A stretch of 64,000 nucleotides of DNA from Holosporales bacterium. Lineage in GTDB: Bacteria; Pseudomonadota; Alphaproteobacteria; Holosporales; CAZGKG01. Location: the NCBI GenBank assembly GCA_044361745.1, contig JBIKIF010000001.1, positions 90,274-154,273 on the forward strand. The letters run 5' to 3'. The position numbers were made by a program, and so were the translations under genes. Of the stretch, positions 18,245 to 29,435 are shown piece by piece; position 1 is the first letter of the stretch; every line of letters begins with the position of its first letter. The notes under the pieces were generated by a model that worked only from the letters and a program-made list of their open reading frames with translations, was not told the origin of the DNA and did not search any database.

Positions 18245-19861
18245 GTGAGTGAGCTTCTGTTTGATTTGCCTGCTTTGAGCCCCTCCGATGGAGGTTACCG
18301 TGTGCTTGCCCGCAAGTATCGCCCCCGTCGTTTTCAGGATGTGGTGGGTCAGGAATCTTTGGTCAGGCTTTTAACCCAGGCTTTGCGTCAGAACCGTTTG
18401 CCCCACGGGTTTTTATTTTCAGGCATTCGGGGGATCGGTAAAACAACCACAGCCCGGCTTCTGGCTTGTGCTCTCAATTGTTCCGATCTGGGAGCTCGCC
18501 CAGGGAAAGAGGCAGAGCCCTGTGGTTGCTGCCCTTCATGCCTCGCTTTTGCCCAAGACAAGCATCTGGATATTGTGGAGATGGACGCCGCCAGTCACAC
18601 AGGCGTAGATGATATTCGGGAGATTTTAGAGTCTTGTCGTTATCAACCGTTGGTGGGAAAATACAAAATCTTCCTGATTGACGAAGTGCATATGCTTTCT
18701 AAGAGCGCGTTTAATGCCCTCCTCAAAACCTTGGAGGAGCCTCCCCACCACGTCAAATTTATTTTTGCAACTACGGAGGTCCACAAGATCCCTGCGACGG
18801 TGATCTCCCGTTGTTTGCGTTTTGAACTGAAGCGGATGGATCCGGATGTTCTGGTGCCATATTTAGCAAACATTTGTGCTCAAGAAGGGTTCTCGGCGGA
18901 GGAGGATGCGTTGTTTCTCCTGGCCCGCTCAGGGGGCGGGTCTGCGCGGGATAGTTTGTCCTTGCTCGATCAGGCAATGATTGTGGCGCAGGGGGGGGGA
19001 GAGACGGAGACGCCTTCTGTTCTCAAGACTTTAGACGTTGTCTCCATGCTGGGTCTTCTGGACCGGCAAGCTTTAGGCGTTTTGTTCGAAGCGGTTTTGA
19101 AGGGGGAGGTCTCTCAGGCCCTTGCCCAAGCTGATTTTCTGGCGACGCAAGGGGCAGACCCTCAGAGCATTCTGGGGGAACTGACGGTATTTGCGCACCA
19201 ATTATCTTGCCTCAAAGTGGGGGCAAAGGAAATTTTAAAAGGGCTCACAGAGGGGGAGCAAGGGTTCTTGGAAACCTGGGCGCCGCAGGTGTCCCTTCCT
19301 GCGTTGGGCCGGCTTTGGCAAATGCTTCTGAAGGGTTCGGAGGAGCTGGCTGTGGCGCTCTTTCCCCAGAAAGCCTTGGAAATGGTTTTGATTCGTTTGG
19401 CCTATGTCTCCCCCCTTCCCACACCTGATGTGCTCCTGAAGGAAGGGGTTTCTCCTCTGTCTTTTGCATCTCCAGAACAAGAGACCCGAGATGGAGCTCC
19501 TCTTTTTCCGACATTTGAATCGGTCATTCTGGCGGCCCAGAAGGACCGGGAGGCCCTTTTAAGTGCCTATTTACAAGATCACGTGATGATCCACCATTGG
19601 GCGCAGGGGCATCTCACCCTTTCCTTGACGCAAGGGGCTCCTGCAGACTTGGTGCGGCGTCTTGAGCGGTTTTTGCATCAAAAAACTGGGGCGCGTTGGC
19701 AGGTGACAGTTGGGTCAGGAGGGGCTTCTGGAGAAACAGTTGGACAACAAGCCCGCAATGCCCAACAAAAGCTGAAGGACAATGCGCTTCTAAACCCTGT
19801 TTTGCAAGAGGCCCAGTCCCACTTCCCCGGCCTGATCCTCGAGGAGATTCAAAATGACTAA
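18245..19861 (+). CDS. dnaX: DNA polymerase III subunit gamma/tau
   Basis: YRVLARKYRPRRFQDVVGQ, Walker A GIRGIGKTTTARLLA, a CxxC zinc module and DEVHMLS. I prefer the GTG start at 18245 over the track start at 18131. Confidence 0.9.
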   Translation: MSELLFDLPALSPSDGGYRVLARKYRPRRFQDVVGQESLVRLLTQALRQNRLPHGFLFSGIRGIGKTTTARLLACALNCSDLGARPGKEAEPCGCCPSCLAFAQDKHLDIVEMDAASHTGVDDIREILESCRYQPLVGKYKIFLIDEVHMLSKSAFNALLKTLEEPPHHVKFIFATTEVHKIPATVISRCLRFELKRMDPDVLVPYLANICAQEGFSAEEDALFLLARSGGGSARDSLSLLDQAMIVAQGGGETETPSVLKTLDVVSMLGLLDRQALGVLFEAVLKGEVSQALAQADFLATQGADPQSILGELTVFAHQLSCLKVGAKEILKGLTEGEQGFLETWAPQVSLPALGRLWQMLLKGSEELAVALFPQKALEMVLIRLAYVSPLPTPDVLLKEGVSPLSFASPEQETRDGAPLFPTFESVILAAQKDREALLSAYLQDHVMIHHWAQGHLTLSLTQGAPADLVRRLERFLHQKTGARWQVTVGSGGASGETVGQQARNAQQKLKDNALLNPVLQEAQSHFPGLILEEIQND

Positions 19862-19903
19862 GGACACCAATTTGCAATATATCAACCCAAGGATTTTCGG
19901 CTG

Positions 19904-20206
19904 ATGGATCTTTTTTTTATTCCGTTGTGCGCAGTTTTGCGCATTGTGCTTCAAATGTATACCTGGATTTTGCTTGTCACTATTGTGCTTAATTGGCTTG
20001 TCATTTATCAGATTGTAAACACCTATCACTCTTTTGTCCGCCAGCTTGGGGATTTTTGTTTTCAGGTGACCGATCCGCTGTTCAGGCCTTTGCGTCGGGC
20101 TCTCCCCTTTGTGAAAGGGGTTGATCTGGCTCCATTTGTCGTTTTGTTGGCTGTTTATTTTCTCCAAGTGTTTGTTGAGCGCGTCATCAATTTTTGGGCA
20201 TCCTAG
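19904..20206 (+). CDS. YggT family membrane protein
   Basis: 100 aa, two TM segments. The central pattern ...FCFQVTDPLFRPLRRALPFVKGVDLAPFV is typical of YggT. Confidence 0.75.
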   Translation: MDLFFIPLCAVLRIVLQMYTWILLVTIVLNWLVIYQIVNTYHSFVRQLGDFCFQVTDPLFRPLRRALPFVKGVDLAPFVVLLAVYFLQVFVERVINFWAS

Positions 20207-20227
20207 GGGGATGCGGGGAGAAATGAT

Positions 20228-20908
20228 TTGTCTTTTTTGCAAACGTGTGAAACCGTTGATGTCATTTTAAAAGCCCCTTGGTTTTCCGTTGTTGATAGCG
20301 TCGGGACTTTTGCTTTTGCGTTTTATGGCGCTTTGCGTGCTGTCCGTTTGAAGGCTCCCATCGGGGGGGTTGTGTTATTGGCTGCTTTTCCTGCTGTGGG
20401 AGGGGGGCTGATGCGGGATCTGATCCTGTGTCGGCATCCTGTGGCTTTTCTGACAACGCCTCTGTATGGATTCATTATTCTCCTGGCGGTATATTTTGTG
20501 CGTTTCATTGACAGGAAAACAAACAATCCGTCTCTCTTTGAAGAGTCTTTTTGGATGCGTTGGGTGTTTCCCGCAATGGACGCTTTGGGCCTTGCGGCCT
20601 TTACAGTCTTGGGAATTGCGGTTTCTTCTTTAAAGGGCCTCTGTCCTCTTTGGGTTTGGGGGCCCTTTTTTGGGTGTCTCACCAGTTGTGGAGGAGGGAT
20701 TCTTTCAGGACTTTTGATGGAGGGGTCTGCTTTTTTGGTGCGGCCGAATCAGGATCTTCGTGTCGCCGTTCCTGGGTCAATCTTATTATCTGGCCTCTTT
20801 TGTTATTTCAATACAAGCGGTACTTCCGTCAGTGTGAATTTGATAGTGGCTTTGGGCATGATTGGAATTTTTGCGTCTCGTTTTTTTATATTTTTGATGA
20901 AACGGTAG
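20228..20908 (+). CDS. UPF0126 / TRIC-type cation channel family membrane protein
   Basis: Two UPF0126-like halves. GTFAFAFYGALRAV...GGGLMRDLIL and GLAAFTVLGIAVS...GGGILSGLL. Confidence 0.7.
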   Translation: MSFLQTCETVDVILKAPWFSVVDSVGTFAFAFYGALRAVRLKAPIGGVVLLAAFPAVGGGLMRDLILCRHPVAFLTTPLYGFIILLAVYFVRFIDRKTNNPSLFEESFWMRWVFPAMDALGLAAFTVLGIAVSSLKGLCPLWVWGPFFGCLTSCGGGILSGLLMEGSAFLVRPNQDLRVAVPGSILLSGLFCYFNTSGTSVSVNLIVALGMIGIFASRFFIFLMKR

Positions 20909-21079
20909 GATAAAATAATCTATCAGGTGTTATCATGATGATGTGAGATATGTTTTTAAATAGGTTTGATTGATCACCAGAGAATTTTTTCGGCAAAATT
21001 TTTCTTTTGAATTTGTAATCAGAAAAAGCGTAGAATGAAAAATGTCTCAAGCTAGCGGTAACCAGGATAGAGTTTTTAA

Positions 21080-22234
21080 ATGTTTCGAATGATTATGGAA
21101 GATTCCGTTAAGAAATGGGGCGTTTTGGCTTTGGTTTCTGTGACCTTTGTGTCTGCAATGGGCTGGTGGTTTTGGCCACGAACACCCAATCAAACTGTGG
21201 ATTTCAGGGCACCTATTCTGGTGGAAGCCGAACCCGTTAAAATTGGCCCGATCAGTCGCCAAGTGTCGACCAATGGATCTTTGGTGGCCTCCCAATCTGT
21301 TGTGGTTTTCCCCCAAATGGACGGAAAAATTTCCGAAATCGTTTTTGATCAGGGGTCTGTCGTCAAGAAAGACGACATCTTGGTGCGCTTAGACGATAGT
21401 ATTGTTCAAGCCCAGTTTCGCGAGGCCCAAGCCCGTCTCAGCGTGGCGCAAAACGAACACAAAAGACAAAAATATCTTTATGAGCGCAATTTTTCTGCAA
21501 AAGCCGCGATGGAAAAAGCTCAGGCAGAGATGAATGTCCAAGAAGCGGCCCTCAAGGTGGCTCAGGTTCATTTGGACCAAACGGTCATTCGTGCTCCTTT
21601 TGACGGGACTGTTGGCCTGAAAAATATTAGCCCCGGAAGCACGGTGGCACGAAACACAGAATTGCTCACCATCGTGGCCCTTGAGCCTATTTATATTGAT
21701 TTTCCTGTTCCGGACTCCTTCTTAAAAGATCTGCATGTGAGTGACAAAGTCGATGTCATGGTGGAAGGATTTGATAGCTTGCCCATGGAAGCAACAATTG
21801 TTGCGATTGACGCGGAGGCTAATCCGGGAACTCATAGTGTGAAAGTGCGGGCAGAGATGGCCAATCCTTCAGAGGCTCTGAAGCCAGGGCAATTTGCTCG
21901 GGTGACCCTGAATCTTGGGGAAGAAGAAAGCGCTGTTCTCATTCCCATCGTTGCTGCGGAAAAAGAAGGAGACAGCTATTTTGTGTACAAAATTGTTGAT
22001 CATGTGGCTGTGATGACAGAGGTGAGTCTAGGTCTCCGGGAAAATGGGGCTGTTCAGGTCACAGATGGGCTGTCCAAAGGGGATGTTGTTGTCGTGGTTG
22101 GCCAGACAAAACTGGTGGACGGTGCACGGGTTAGGCTGGCTTCTGAAGAGAAACAACTGGCCACTATGAGTGGAAAAGAAGACAAATCAGCCCAAGAGGG
22201 TTCGTGGCTTTTACGCTTCTTAAAGCGTGGGTAG
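21080..22234 (+). CDS. efflux RND transporter periplasmic adaptor subunit
   Basis: 384 aa. N-terminal TM, a coiled-coil hairpin (QAQFREAQARL...AALKVAQVHLDQTVIRAPFDGTVG) and a barrel domain. Upstream of the RND pump. Confidence 0.85.
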   Translation: MFRMIMEDSVKKWGVLALVSVTFVSAMGWWFWPRTPNQTVDFRAPILVEAEPVKIGPISRQVSTNGSLVASQSVVVFPQMDGKISEIVFDQGSVVKKDDILVRLDDSIVQAQFREAQARLSVAQNEHKRQKYLYERNFSAKAAMEKAQAEMNVQEAALKVAQVHLDQTVIRAPFDGTVGLKNISPGSTVARNTELLTIVALEPIYIDFPVPDSFLKDLHVSDKVDVMVEGFDSLPMEATIVAIDAEANPGTHSVKVRAEMANPSEALKPGQFARVTLNLGEEESAVLIPIVAAEKEGDSYFVYKIVDHVAVMTEVSLGLRENGAVQVTDGLSKGDVVVVVGQTKLVDGARVRLASEEKQLATMSGKEDKSAQEGSWLLRFLKRG

Positions 22235-22285
22235 GGGCTCCTCGTGAGGAGATTTTGTTTTTCTGATAGATGATGGCTGGGGTGT

Positions 22286-25200
22286 ATGAATAATTCCTCT
22301 TTTTCTTATTTTAGTGAGCGTTTTATTCAGCGCCCCGTTCTCGCATGGGTTTTGAATATTGTTGTCATTATCCTGGGAATGCTTGCTTTTTCGAAGCTTC
22401 CAGTGCGCCAATACCCCCAAGTTGAGTTCCCAGTCGTCACGGTCATGACGCAATTTGATGGAGCCGGACCTGATCTGATTGAGTCTCAGATTACCCGTCC
22501 CCTCGAAGAAAGTCTTGCCGGTTTAGAGGGTTTGGACAGCATGACCTCTTCCAGCGAAGTGGGTCAGAGCAAAATCAAACTTCATTTTAAACCAAGTCGC
22601 TCCATTGATGCAGCCGCCGCTGATATTCGGGACCGTCTTGCCCGTGACGATAAGTTGCCTCAGGAAGCGACCCGTCCCCGCGTCACGAAAGCGGATGTGG
22701 ATTCGGATGCAGTGGTCTCTCTGTCTCTTTACGGAAAGGATCATTCGGTTCCGAAATTGTACGATTATGCCACCCGATACGTTCAAAATGAATTTGAGGC
22801 GATTCAAGGGGTCGCGAGTTTGGATATGTATGGAGGGGCCAGCTATGAAATGCATATTGTTCTGGATCCTGTCCGTCTTGCATCCTATAACCTTACGGCG
22901 TCCGACGTTTCGGAGGCCTTGCGTCAGCAAAACATTAATAAGCCTGCTGGAAGTATTGGGGGGGACGAGCGTTCCTTTTTGGTGAGTACAAAAGCCCAGC
23001 TGATGAAACCAGATGATTTTAATAAAATCGTCTTGGCAGAGCGGAGCGGATATGTAGTTCGTCTGGCGGATGTAGGTCGTGCAGAACTGAGCTCAGATGA
23101 TAAAAAATTTCGGGTGCGCTATAATGGGCAGGACGCCATTATGCTGGGAATTGTAGCCCAATCCCGCTCGAACCCCATCGACATTTCAAAAGCTGTTCAA
23201 GAAAAATTGGCTCACGTCCGTGAAAGCCTTCCGAGGGGGATGTTTCTTGAGGTGGCCAATGACCGGTCGATCTTTATCGAGAAATCCATCGACCAAGTGT
23301 ACAGGTCCATTTGGGAAGCTATTGCCCTGGTTATTTTTGTGGTGTTCTTTTTTCTCAGGTCATTTAAGGCGTCCTTAATTCCACTGATCACGATTCCTAT
23401 TTCTCTTCTGGGGGCGTTTTTTGTCATTTATACCCTTGATTTCACCATTAATACCCTGACATTGCTGGCGATTGTTTTGGCTATTGGTCTTGTGGTGGAC
23501 GATGCTATTGTGGTGTTGGAAAATATTTATCGCCATATTGAGGAAGGTCTCTCGCCTCTGAAGGCTTCCTTTAAAGGAATTCGAGAGATCCAGTTCTCCA
23601 TTATTGCGATGACATTGACCTTGGCTGCGGTGTACACGCCTATTGCCTTGGCTTCAGGAGTGACGGGTAAACTGTTTACAGAGTTCGCCCTGACTCTTGT
23701 CGGTGCTGTTTTGTGGTCTGGGTTTGTGGCGCTTGTGCTGTCTCCCATGATGTGCTCCCGTCTCTTGCGGCATGTGCCTCCTGAAGACGTTCACCCGAAA
23801 ACATCCATGGGCCGTTCTATCCATGGAATGAATCTCTGGATTGGTCGTTTTCTAGATCGGTTGGATACGTCTTACGCGTCTCTTTTAGAAAAACTCTTTC
23901 AGGCAAAACGTTGGGTTCTTTTGGGGGCGACTTTGTTTGGGCTCAGTGGGTATGGTGTCAGCTTGCTTTTACCGGCGGAGCTTGCCCCGCGGGAGGATCA
24001 GGGTCTCATTCGTGTCACAGCCCAGCCCCCCACAGGCGCCACGCTGAATTATCTGGATAAATATGCCACAGAGATGGACGATATTGTGGGCAGCTTGCCG
24101 GAAGTTCAGAGCCGTTTATTGTTGATTCAAGCGGGAGACGACACCTTTACAAAAGCGACCCTGACGCCTTGGGGAACACGTCCGGCGTGTGCGACATTGG
24201 TTCCTCAAATTCAGACAAAACTGGATGATATTTTGGGCTTTAGGGCGATTGCTTACTGTCCAAGCCGCTCTCTGATGGGGGGGGCCTCGGAGAGACCTTT
24301 GGAGTTTGTGATCCAAACCTCCCGATCATTTAAGGAATTGGTGGGTGTGGCCCGTCGTGTACGCTCTCTCATTGCGAAAAATTCAGGAGTGAATCGGGTG
24401 ACGATGGACTGGGACCTGGCAGCGGATACCAAGGAATACCTGGTTAATGTAAAACGGGATGTGGCAGCGTCTTCTGGTGTGAGCATTCAGAATTTGGCCA
24501 CTACCTTGGACTTGCTTGTCAGTGGACGGAAGGCAACGTCGTTTGAGCGGGAATCGAAGCTCTATCCTGTTAAAATTTGGATGGGAGATATGAACAAACG
24601 GTCTCCGCAAGATCTCAAAGCATTGATGGTGCGGGGGAGTCGCAACAACAAAGAATTCATGGTGCCTCTCCAGGATTTGGTTGACATTGAAGAAAAAACA
24701 TCGAACCCATCCCTCAGCCATACGGGCGGTATGCGCTCGGTCACCATTTATGCGGGGCTGAATCCAGGTGTGGGGCTTGGCAATGTTTACAAAGATCTGA
24801 AAAAAGACATTCTTGAGCTTCTGCCTGCGGGATTTCGTGTCACAGAGGGGGGTGAGTTGAAGAGATTCCTCACAGAGCAATCGACAATCTTGCTGATTTT
24901 TGGTTTGGCTCTTGCGTTTATTTTTCTGGTTCTTGCAGGTCAATTTGAAAGTTTTAGGGACCCCTTCATCATTATTTTAAGTGTTCCCTTAGCCTTGGCG
25001 GGTGCGGTCTTTACCCTCAAAATCATCCCCCAAGGGACGCTGAATATTTACAGCCAAATCGGATGTGTGACGCTCATTGGGCTGATTACGAAGCATGGGA
25101 TTCTCATCGTTGATTTTGCCAATGCTTTGAGGGACAGAGGGGCGGCGATTGAAGCAGCTGTTTTGGAGGCGTGTCGCTTAAGGCTGCGACCCATTTTGAT

Positions 25201-25408
25201 GACCACCTTGGCCATGGCCTTGGGGGCTATTCCTCTTGCCATGGCGTCAGGCCCTGGGTTTGAGGCACGGCGGCAAATTGGATGGGTCATCGTTGGGGGC
25301 ATGTCTTTAGGAACACTGTTTACGCTTTTTGTGATTCCGGTGGTCTATCTTGTGATCTCCAAGAAACACCGTGCCCCTTTAGAGGAGGCTTTCCCAGAGG
25401 ATCATTGA
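22286..25408 (+). CDS. efflux RND transporter permease (AcrB/HAE1-like)
   Basis: 1040 aa, 12-TM architecture. FIQRPVLAWVLNIVVIILG N-terminus and GLVVDDAIVVLENI motif. Confidence 0.92.
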   Translation: MNNSSFSYFSERFIQRPVLAWVLNIVVIILGMLAFSKLPVRQYPQVEFPVVTVMTQFDGAGPDLIESQITRPLEESLAGLEGLDSMTSSSEVGQSKIKLHFKPSRSIDAAAADIRDRLARDDKLPQEATRPRVTKADVDSDAVVSLSLYGKDHSVPKLYDYATRYVQNEFEAIQGVASLDMYGGASYEMHIVLDPVRLASYNLTASDVSEALRQQNINKPAGSIGGDERSFLVSTKAQLMKPDDFNKIVLAERSGYVVRLADVGRAELSSDDKKFRVRYNGQDAIMLGIVAQSRSNPIDISKAVQEKLAHVRESLPRGMFLEVANDRSIFIEKSIDQVYRSIWEAIALVIFVVFFFLRSFKASLIPLITIPISLLGAFFVIYTLDFTINTLTLLAIVLAIGLVVDDAIVVLENIYRHIEEGLSPLKASFKGIREIQFSIIAMTLTLAAVYTPIALASGVTGKLFTEFALTLVGAVLWSGFVALVLSPMMCSRLLRHVPPEDVHPKTSMGRSIHGMNLWIGRFLDRLDTSYASLLEKLFQAKRWVLLGATLFGLSGYGVSLLLPAELAPREDQGLIRVTAQPPTGATLNYLDKYATEMDDIVGSLPEVQSRLLLIQAGDDTFTKATLTPWGTRPACATLVPQIQTKLDDILGFRAIAYCPSRSLMGGASERPLEFVIQTSRSFKELVGVARRVRSLIAKNSGVNRVTMDWDLAADTKEYLVNVKRDVAASSGVSIQNLATTLDLLVSGRKATSFERESKLYPVKIWMGDMNKRSPQDLKALMVRGSRNNKEFMVPLQDLVDIEEKTSNPSLSHTGGMRSVTIYAGLNPGVGLGNVYKDLKKDILELLPAGFRVTEGGELKRFLTEQSTILLIFGLALAFIFLVLAGQFESFRDPFIIILSVPLALAGAVFTLKIIPQGTLNIYSQIGCVTLIGLITKHGILIVDFANALRDRGAAIEAAVLEACRLRLRPILMTTLAMALGAIPLAMASGPGFEARRQIGWVIVGGMSLGTLFTLFVIPVVYLVISKKHRAPLEEAFPEDH

Positions 25409-25523
25409 GTCTTTTGCAGGTTGCGATCCAAAGCTCTGTAGGGTTTGTGATCCGTGATCAGGAGGGCCAACCCTTGCCAATGCTGCTCCTTTTTGCTTGA
25501 ATCATTTCAGATAGAGAGTATCC

Positions 25524-26567
25524 ATGGAGAACAAACAACCTGTGACGAACCGCGCGAGCCATCAAAAATCTTCGACCTCAGAGTCTGTTCTTGGGGCTGT
25601 GACCCCTGATTTGCTGAGGCATTTCCACCGTCAGATGCTTCTGATCCGCCGTTTTGAGGAACGGGCAGGTCAGCTCTACAGTATGGGACATATTTCCGGG
25701 TTTTGCCATTTGTACATTGGGCAGGAGGCAGTCGCTGTGGGCACCTATGCCGCCATGAATCCTCAAGACACCATGGTGACCGCTTACCGGGACCATGGTC
25801 ATATGTTGGTGGCGGGTATGGATCCCAGAGGGGTCATGGCAGAGCTGACGGGACGTCGGGACGGCTGCTCCAAAGGCAAGGGTGGGTCCATGCACATGTT
25901 CAGCCGGGAAAAGAATTTCTTTGGCGGACATGGGATTGTAGGCGGCCAAGTGCCTTTGGGAACAGGGATTGGCTTTGCCCATCAATATAAAGAAGATGGA
26001 GGCGTTTGCCTTGTGTTCATGGGAGACGGGGCTTCGAACCAAGGTCAGGTTTATGAATCCTTTAACATGGCGTCCCTCTGGAAATTGCCTGTCCTCTTTG
26101 TGATTGAAAACAATCATTACGCCATGGGAACCTCGGTGGAAAGGGCCTGCGCGGGGGAAGGTCTTTGGCGCCGGGGAGAAGGATTTGCGATTCCCGGAAA
26201 GCGAGTGGACGGTAAGGATGTTCTGGCGGTGCGAGAGGCCACCTTCGCTGCTCTTGAGCGGGCGCGGGCGGGAGAAGGCCCGTCTCTTCTCGAGTTTGAT
26301 ACCTACCGTTACCGGGGTCATTCCATGTCCGATCCTGCCCAGTACCGGAGTCGTGATGAGGTGGAGGATCGCAAAAAGCACGCAGATCCCATTGAACATT
26401 GCTTAGGGTTGATGCGGGACTACGGGATTTCTGAGGAAGACATTCAAGGGTGTGAAAAAGAAATTAAGGAGCTGATCGCAGAGGTGGTGACTTTTGCTCA
26501 GAATGCGCCGCTTCCAGATGAAAGTGAATTGTGGACAGATGTTTTGATCGAGGAGACAGCCCAGTGA
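25524..26567 (+). CDS. pdhA: pyruvate dehydrogenase E1 component subunit alpha
   Basis: TPP-binding GDGASNQG...NN region and [11 protein letters not shown] motif. Confidence 0.92.
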   Translation: MENKQPVTNRASHQKSSTSESVLGAVTPDLLRHFHRQMLLIRRFEERAGQLYSMGHISGFCHLYIGQEAVAVGTYAAMNPQDTMVTAYRDHGHMLVAGMDPRGVMAELTGRRDGCSKGKGGSMHMFSREKNFFGGHGIVGGQVPLGTGIGFAHQYKEDGGVCLVFMGDGASNQGQVYESFNMASLWKLPVLFVIENNHYAMGTSVERACAGEGLWRRGEGFAIPGKRVDGKDVLAVREATFAALERARAGEGPSLLEFDTYRYRGHSMSDPAQYRSRDEVEDRKKHADPIEHCLGLMRDYGISEEDIQGCEKEIKELIAEVVTFAQNAPLPDESELWTDVLIEETAQ

Positions 26568-27538
26568 TCACCGTCAGAGAAGCCCTCAGAGACGCCATGG
26601 CGGAAGAGATGCGGACCCATCCGGATGTGTTCTTGATGGGAGAGGAAGTGGCTCAGTATCAAGGGGCTTACAAAGTCAGCCAAGGACTGCTGGCAGAGTT
26701 TGGTCCCCGTCGGGTTATTGACACCCCTATTACGGAATCCGGTTTTGCCGGTATCGGGGTGGGCGCCGCCTTTGCGGGCCTGAGACCCATTATAGAGTTC
26801 ATGACATTTAACTTTGCCATGCAGGCCATTGATCACCTGGTCAACTCTGCAGCTAAGACGCTTTACATGTCTGGCGGCCAGATTTCTTGCCCGATTGTGT
26901 TTCGAGGTCCGAATGGAGCTGCGTCTCGGGTGGGGGCCCAGCATTCCCAATGTTTTGCCAGCTGGTATGCCCATTGTCCTGGTCTCAAAGTGATAGCGCC
27001 CTATGACAGCGCCAGTGCGAAAGCTCTTTTGAAGGCAGCGATTCGAGATCCCAATCCAGTGATTTTCCTTGAGAATGAGCTGATGTATGGAAAATCTTTC
27101 GACGTTCCAGAGACGAACGAGGTTCTTCCCATTGGCCGGGCAGCTGTGATTCGGGCGGGGGCGGATGTCACTCTCACCGCCTTTTCCATTGGGGTTTCCT
27201 ATGCCCTTGAGGCAGCGGATGTTTTGGCGGAAAAAGGGATCTCTGTGGAGGTGATTGATCTGCGCACCTTGCGCCCCCTGGATACGGAGACAATCCTGAC
27301 CTCTTTGCGGAAAACCAACCGGCTTGTAAGCGTGGAGGAGGGCTGGCCCTTTGCAGGGATTGGATCGGAGATCGCAGCGCTTGCGATGGAACAAGCGTTC
27401 GATGATCTCGATGCGCCTATTTTGCGGGTGACAGGGGCGGATGTGCCGATGCCCTATGCCAGCAATTTGGAGAAGCTTGCCTTGCCCACTGTCCAGCAAA
27501 TCGTTGAAGCCTGTCGCAAGGTGTGTTACAGAGCCTAG
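26564..27538 (+). CDS. pdhB: pyruvate dehydrogenase E1 component subunit beta
   Basis: GTG at 26564 overlaps the pdhA stop (GTGA). [30 protein letters not shown]. Confidence 0.92.
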   Translation: MITVREALRDAMAEEMRTHPDVFLMGEEVAQYQGAYKVSQGLLAEFGPRRVIDTPITESGFAGIGVGAAFAGLRPIIEFMTFNFAMQAIDHLVNSAAKTLYMSGGQISCPIVFRGPNGAASRVGAQHSQCFASWYAHCPGLKVIAPYDSASAKALLKAAIRDPNPVIFLENELMYGKSFDVPETNEVLPIGRAAVIRAGADVTLTAFSIGVSYALEAADVLAEKGISVEVIDLRTLRPLDTETILTSLRKTNRLVSVEEGWPFAGIGSEIAALAMEQAFDDLDAPILRVTGADVPMPYASNLEKLALPTVQQIVEACRKVCYRA

Positions 27539-27575
27539 AAGAGCCGAAGCTATCTAAGAACGGATAAAAAACCCC

Positions 27576-28832
27576 ATGGCCATTCCTCTTTTAATGCCCG
27601 CCCTTTCTCCCACGATGACAGAAGGTAATCTCGTCAAGTGGTATAAAAAGCAGGGAGACCCTGTGAAAGCTGGGGAAATTTTGGCGGAAATTGAAACAGA
27701 CAAGGCCACCATGGAGGTGGAAGCGGTGGATGAAGGGACGCTTGGCGCCATCTTGATCCCTGCGGGAACCCAGGGAGTTGCGGTCAATCAAACTATTGGT
27801 ATTTTGCTGGAAGCGGGGGAAGGAGAGGCGGAGCTGAAGGCGGCGCTTACCTCCGCACCCTCTGCCTCTGGCCCGGCACAAGCACCCTCTGCTCCAGGAG
27901 GAGATCCCATCAAGATTCCAGAGGTCTTGGCTGTCAAAGAAAACTCAGATTCCTCTCCGGCGGAGACCTCTCGGGTTCACGCCTCCCCCTTAGCCCGTCG
28001 GATTGCGGCCCGAGATGGCATTGACTTGACCCAACTCAAAGGGTCGGGCCCTCGGGGGCGCATCGTTAAGCAAGACGTTTTGGAGGCGGCCCATCAGTCT
28101 CCCACTCAAGCCCAAAGACCCGCGTCTCTCCGTGACCTTGAGAGTCCGGAGACGCCCTTTTATGACACCCCTGTGTCCTCCATGCGGAAAATTATTGCCC
28201 GTCGTCTCACAGAATCAAAACAGACCGTTCCCCATTTTTATTTGACACGGGAGGTTCAAATTGACGCCCTTCTGGAGGCGCGGGTGCAGCTGAATCAAGA
28301 GCGTGACCAGAAGATTTCCATCAATGATCTCGTCATTTTTGCAACGGCTCGGGCTCTTGCAGCCCATCCTGCCATGAATGTGGCTTGGCAAGGAGACACG
28401 CTTCGCTGTTTTGAGCGGGTGGATCTGGCGATGGCAGTGTCTTTGGAGGACGGCCTGATTACCCCGATTCTGAGGGGCGCGTGCACCAAAGGTCTGGATG
28501 CCCTGTCCTTAGAAGCCAAATCTTTGATCGTCAAAGCCCGGGCGTCCAAGCTGAAACCGGAAGAATTTCAGGGGGGCACATTTTCCGTGTCCAACCTTGG
28601 GATGTTCGGAGTGGACCATTTCGCCGCCATTGTGAACCCGCCCCACGCCGGGATTCTGGCCATTGGATCTGCCGTCCAAAAGCCGGTTGTGCGTGAAGGG
28701 GAAATCGTTGTGGGGACCTGTCTCACTCTCACCTTGTCTGTGGATCACCGGGCTGTGGACGGGGTCGTCGGTGCCCAGTTTCTGAAAACCCTTCAAGGAT
28801 TTCTCACCCACCCTGTGCGGATGCTTTTGTGA
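27576..28832 (+). CDS. pdhC: pyruvate dehydrogenase E2 dihydrolipoamide acetyltransferase
   Basis: Lipoyl domain [14 protein letters not shown]3-binding segment ASPLARRIA and the catalytic DHRAVDG motif. Confidence 0.9.
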   Translation: MAIPLLMPALSPTMTEGNLVKWYKKQGDPVKAGEILAEIETDKATMEVEAVDEGTLGAILIPAGTQGVAVNQTIGILLEAGEGEAELKAALTSAPSASGPAQAPSAPGGDPIKIPEVLAVKENSDSSPAETSRVHASPLARRIAARDGIDLTQLKGSGPRGRIVKQDVLEAAHQSPTQAQRPASLRDLESPETPFYDTPVSSMRKIIARRLTESKQTVPHFYLTREVQIDALLEARVQLNQERDQKISINDLVIFATARALAAHPAMNVAWQGDTLRCFERVDLAMAVSLEDGLITPILRGACTKGLDALSLEAKSLIVKARASKLKPEEFQGGTFSVSNLGMFGVDHFAAIVNPPHAGILAIGSAVQKPVVREGEIVVGTCLTLTLSVDHRAVDGVVGAQFLKTLQGFLTHPVRMLL

Positions 28833-29308
28833 TGAGGAAATTGCTTCTGGGTGTTTCGGTTGTTTTGGCTTGCAATGATGTGTTTGCCCTGTCCATGCTT
28901 GGAGATTCGATGCGTGTTGGGCAGATCCAATCAGACATTCAAATGAAAAAAAAGGATTTGGTGTCTGCTTGTTCGTTGCAAGAGGCTTTGATCGCCAGCA
29001 TTCGCCAGAGGCGCTCTCAGCTTTTGGCCCACAGTTATCTCCTCGCCCGTGTTTTGCGTTTGCGGAACACTTATGGTGGAGAAGCGACGCCTCAGCAAGA
29101 AGGCTACCTGAAACTGACTTTGGCTGCTCTTCTGAGGGGTGCAGCTCAGGAGGAAGCCCAAGCCATCAAAGCCTTTGATTTATTTAAAGCTGAGCAAGAA
29201 CGCTTGCAAGCTGCGGATACTGTTTTCCGATTTAAAATGAGATTTTTTTTAGAGAAATTTCAATCTCCTTCTGATGAGGGCCAAAATGATTTCTCACGTT
29301 CTCCATAA
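28829..29308 (+). CDS. hypothetical lipoprotein, coiled-coil-like
   Basis: ATGA overlap with the pdhC stop. Lipobox VVLAC after a basic N-terminus. No family recognised. Confidence 0.45.
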   Translation: MMRKLLLGVSVVLACNDVFALSMLGDSMRVGQIQSDIQMKKKDLVSACSLQEALIASIRQRRSQLLAHSYLLARVLRLRNTYGGEATPQQEGYLKLTLAALLRGAAQEEAQAIKAFDLFKAEQERLQAADTVFRFKMRFFLEKFQSPSDEGQNDFSRSP

Positions 29309-29435
29309 GTCCTCACTCTCTCTTGGGATCCCCTGCTGCGGTGCGCTGCAACAGAGCCCCATAGAGATCCCTGATCCATATAGTTGATCACACCCCTTAT
29401 GGGGGGGTCTATCAATGGGACTTGGGATAAGACCC

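Noticed and set aside
18245-19861. Programmed -1 frameshift site in dnaX (A AAA AAG type)
   Set aside because: I could not find a slippery heptamer of that type in the gene. This was a visual scan only.
25578-27499. Long ORFs (273 and 333 aa) antisense to pdhA and pdhB
   Set aside because: They lie entirely opposite strongly conserved genes. Their translations are Arg/Pro/Gly-rich with no recognisable motifs. This is a typical shadow-ORF artefact.
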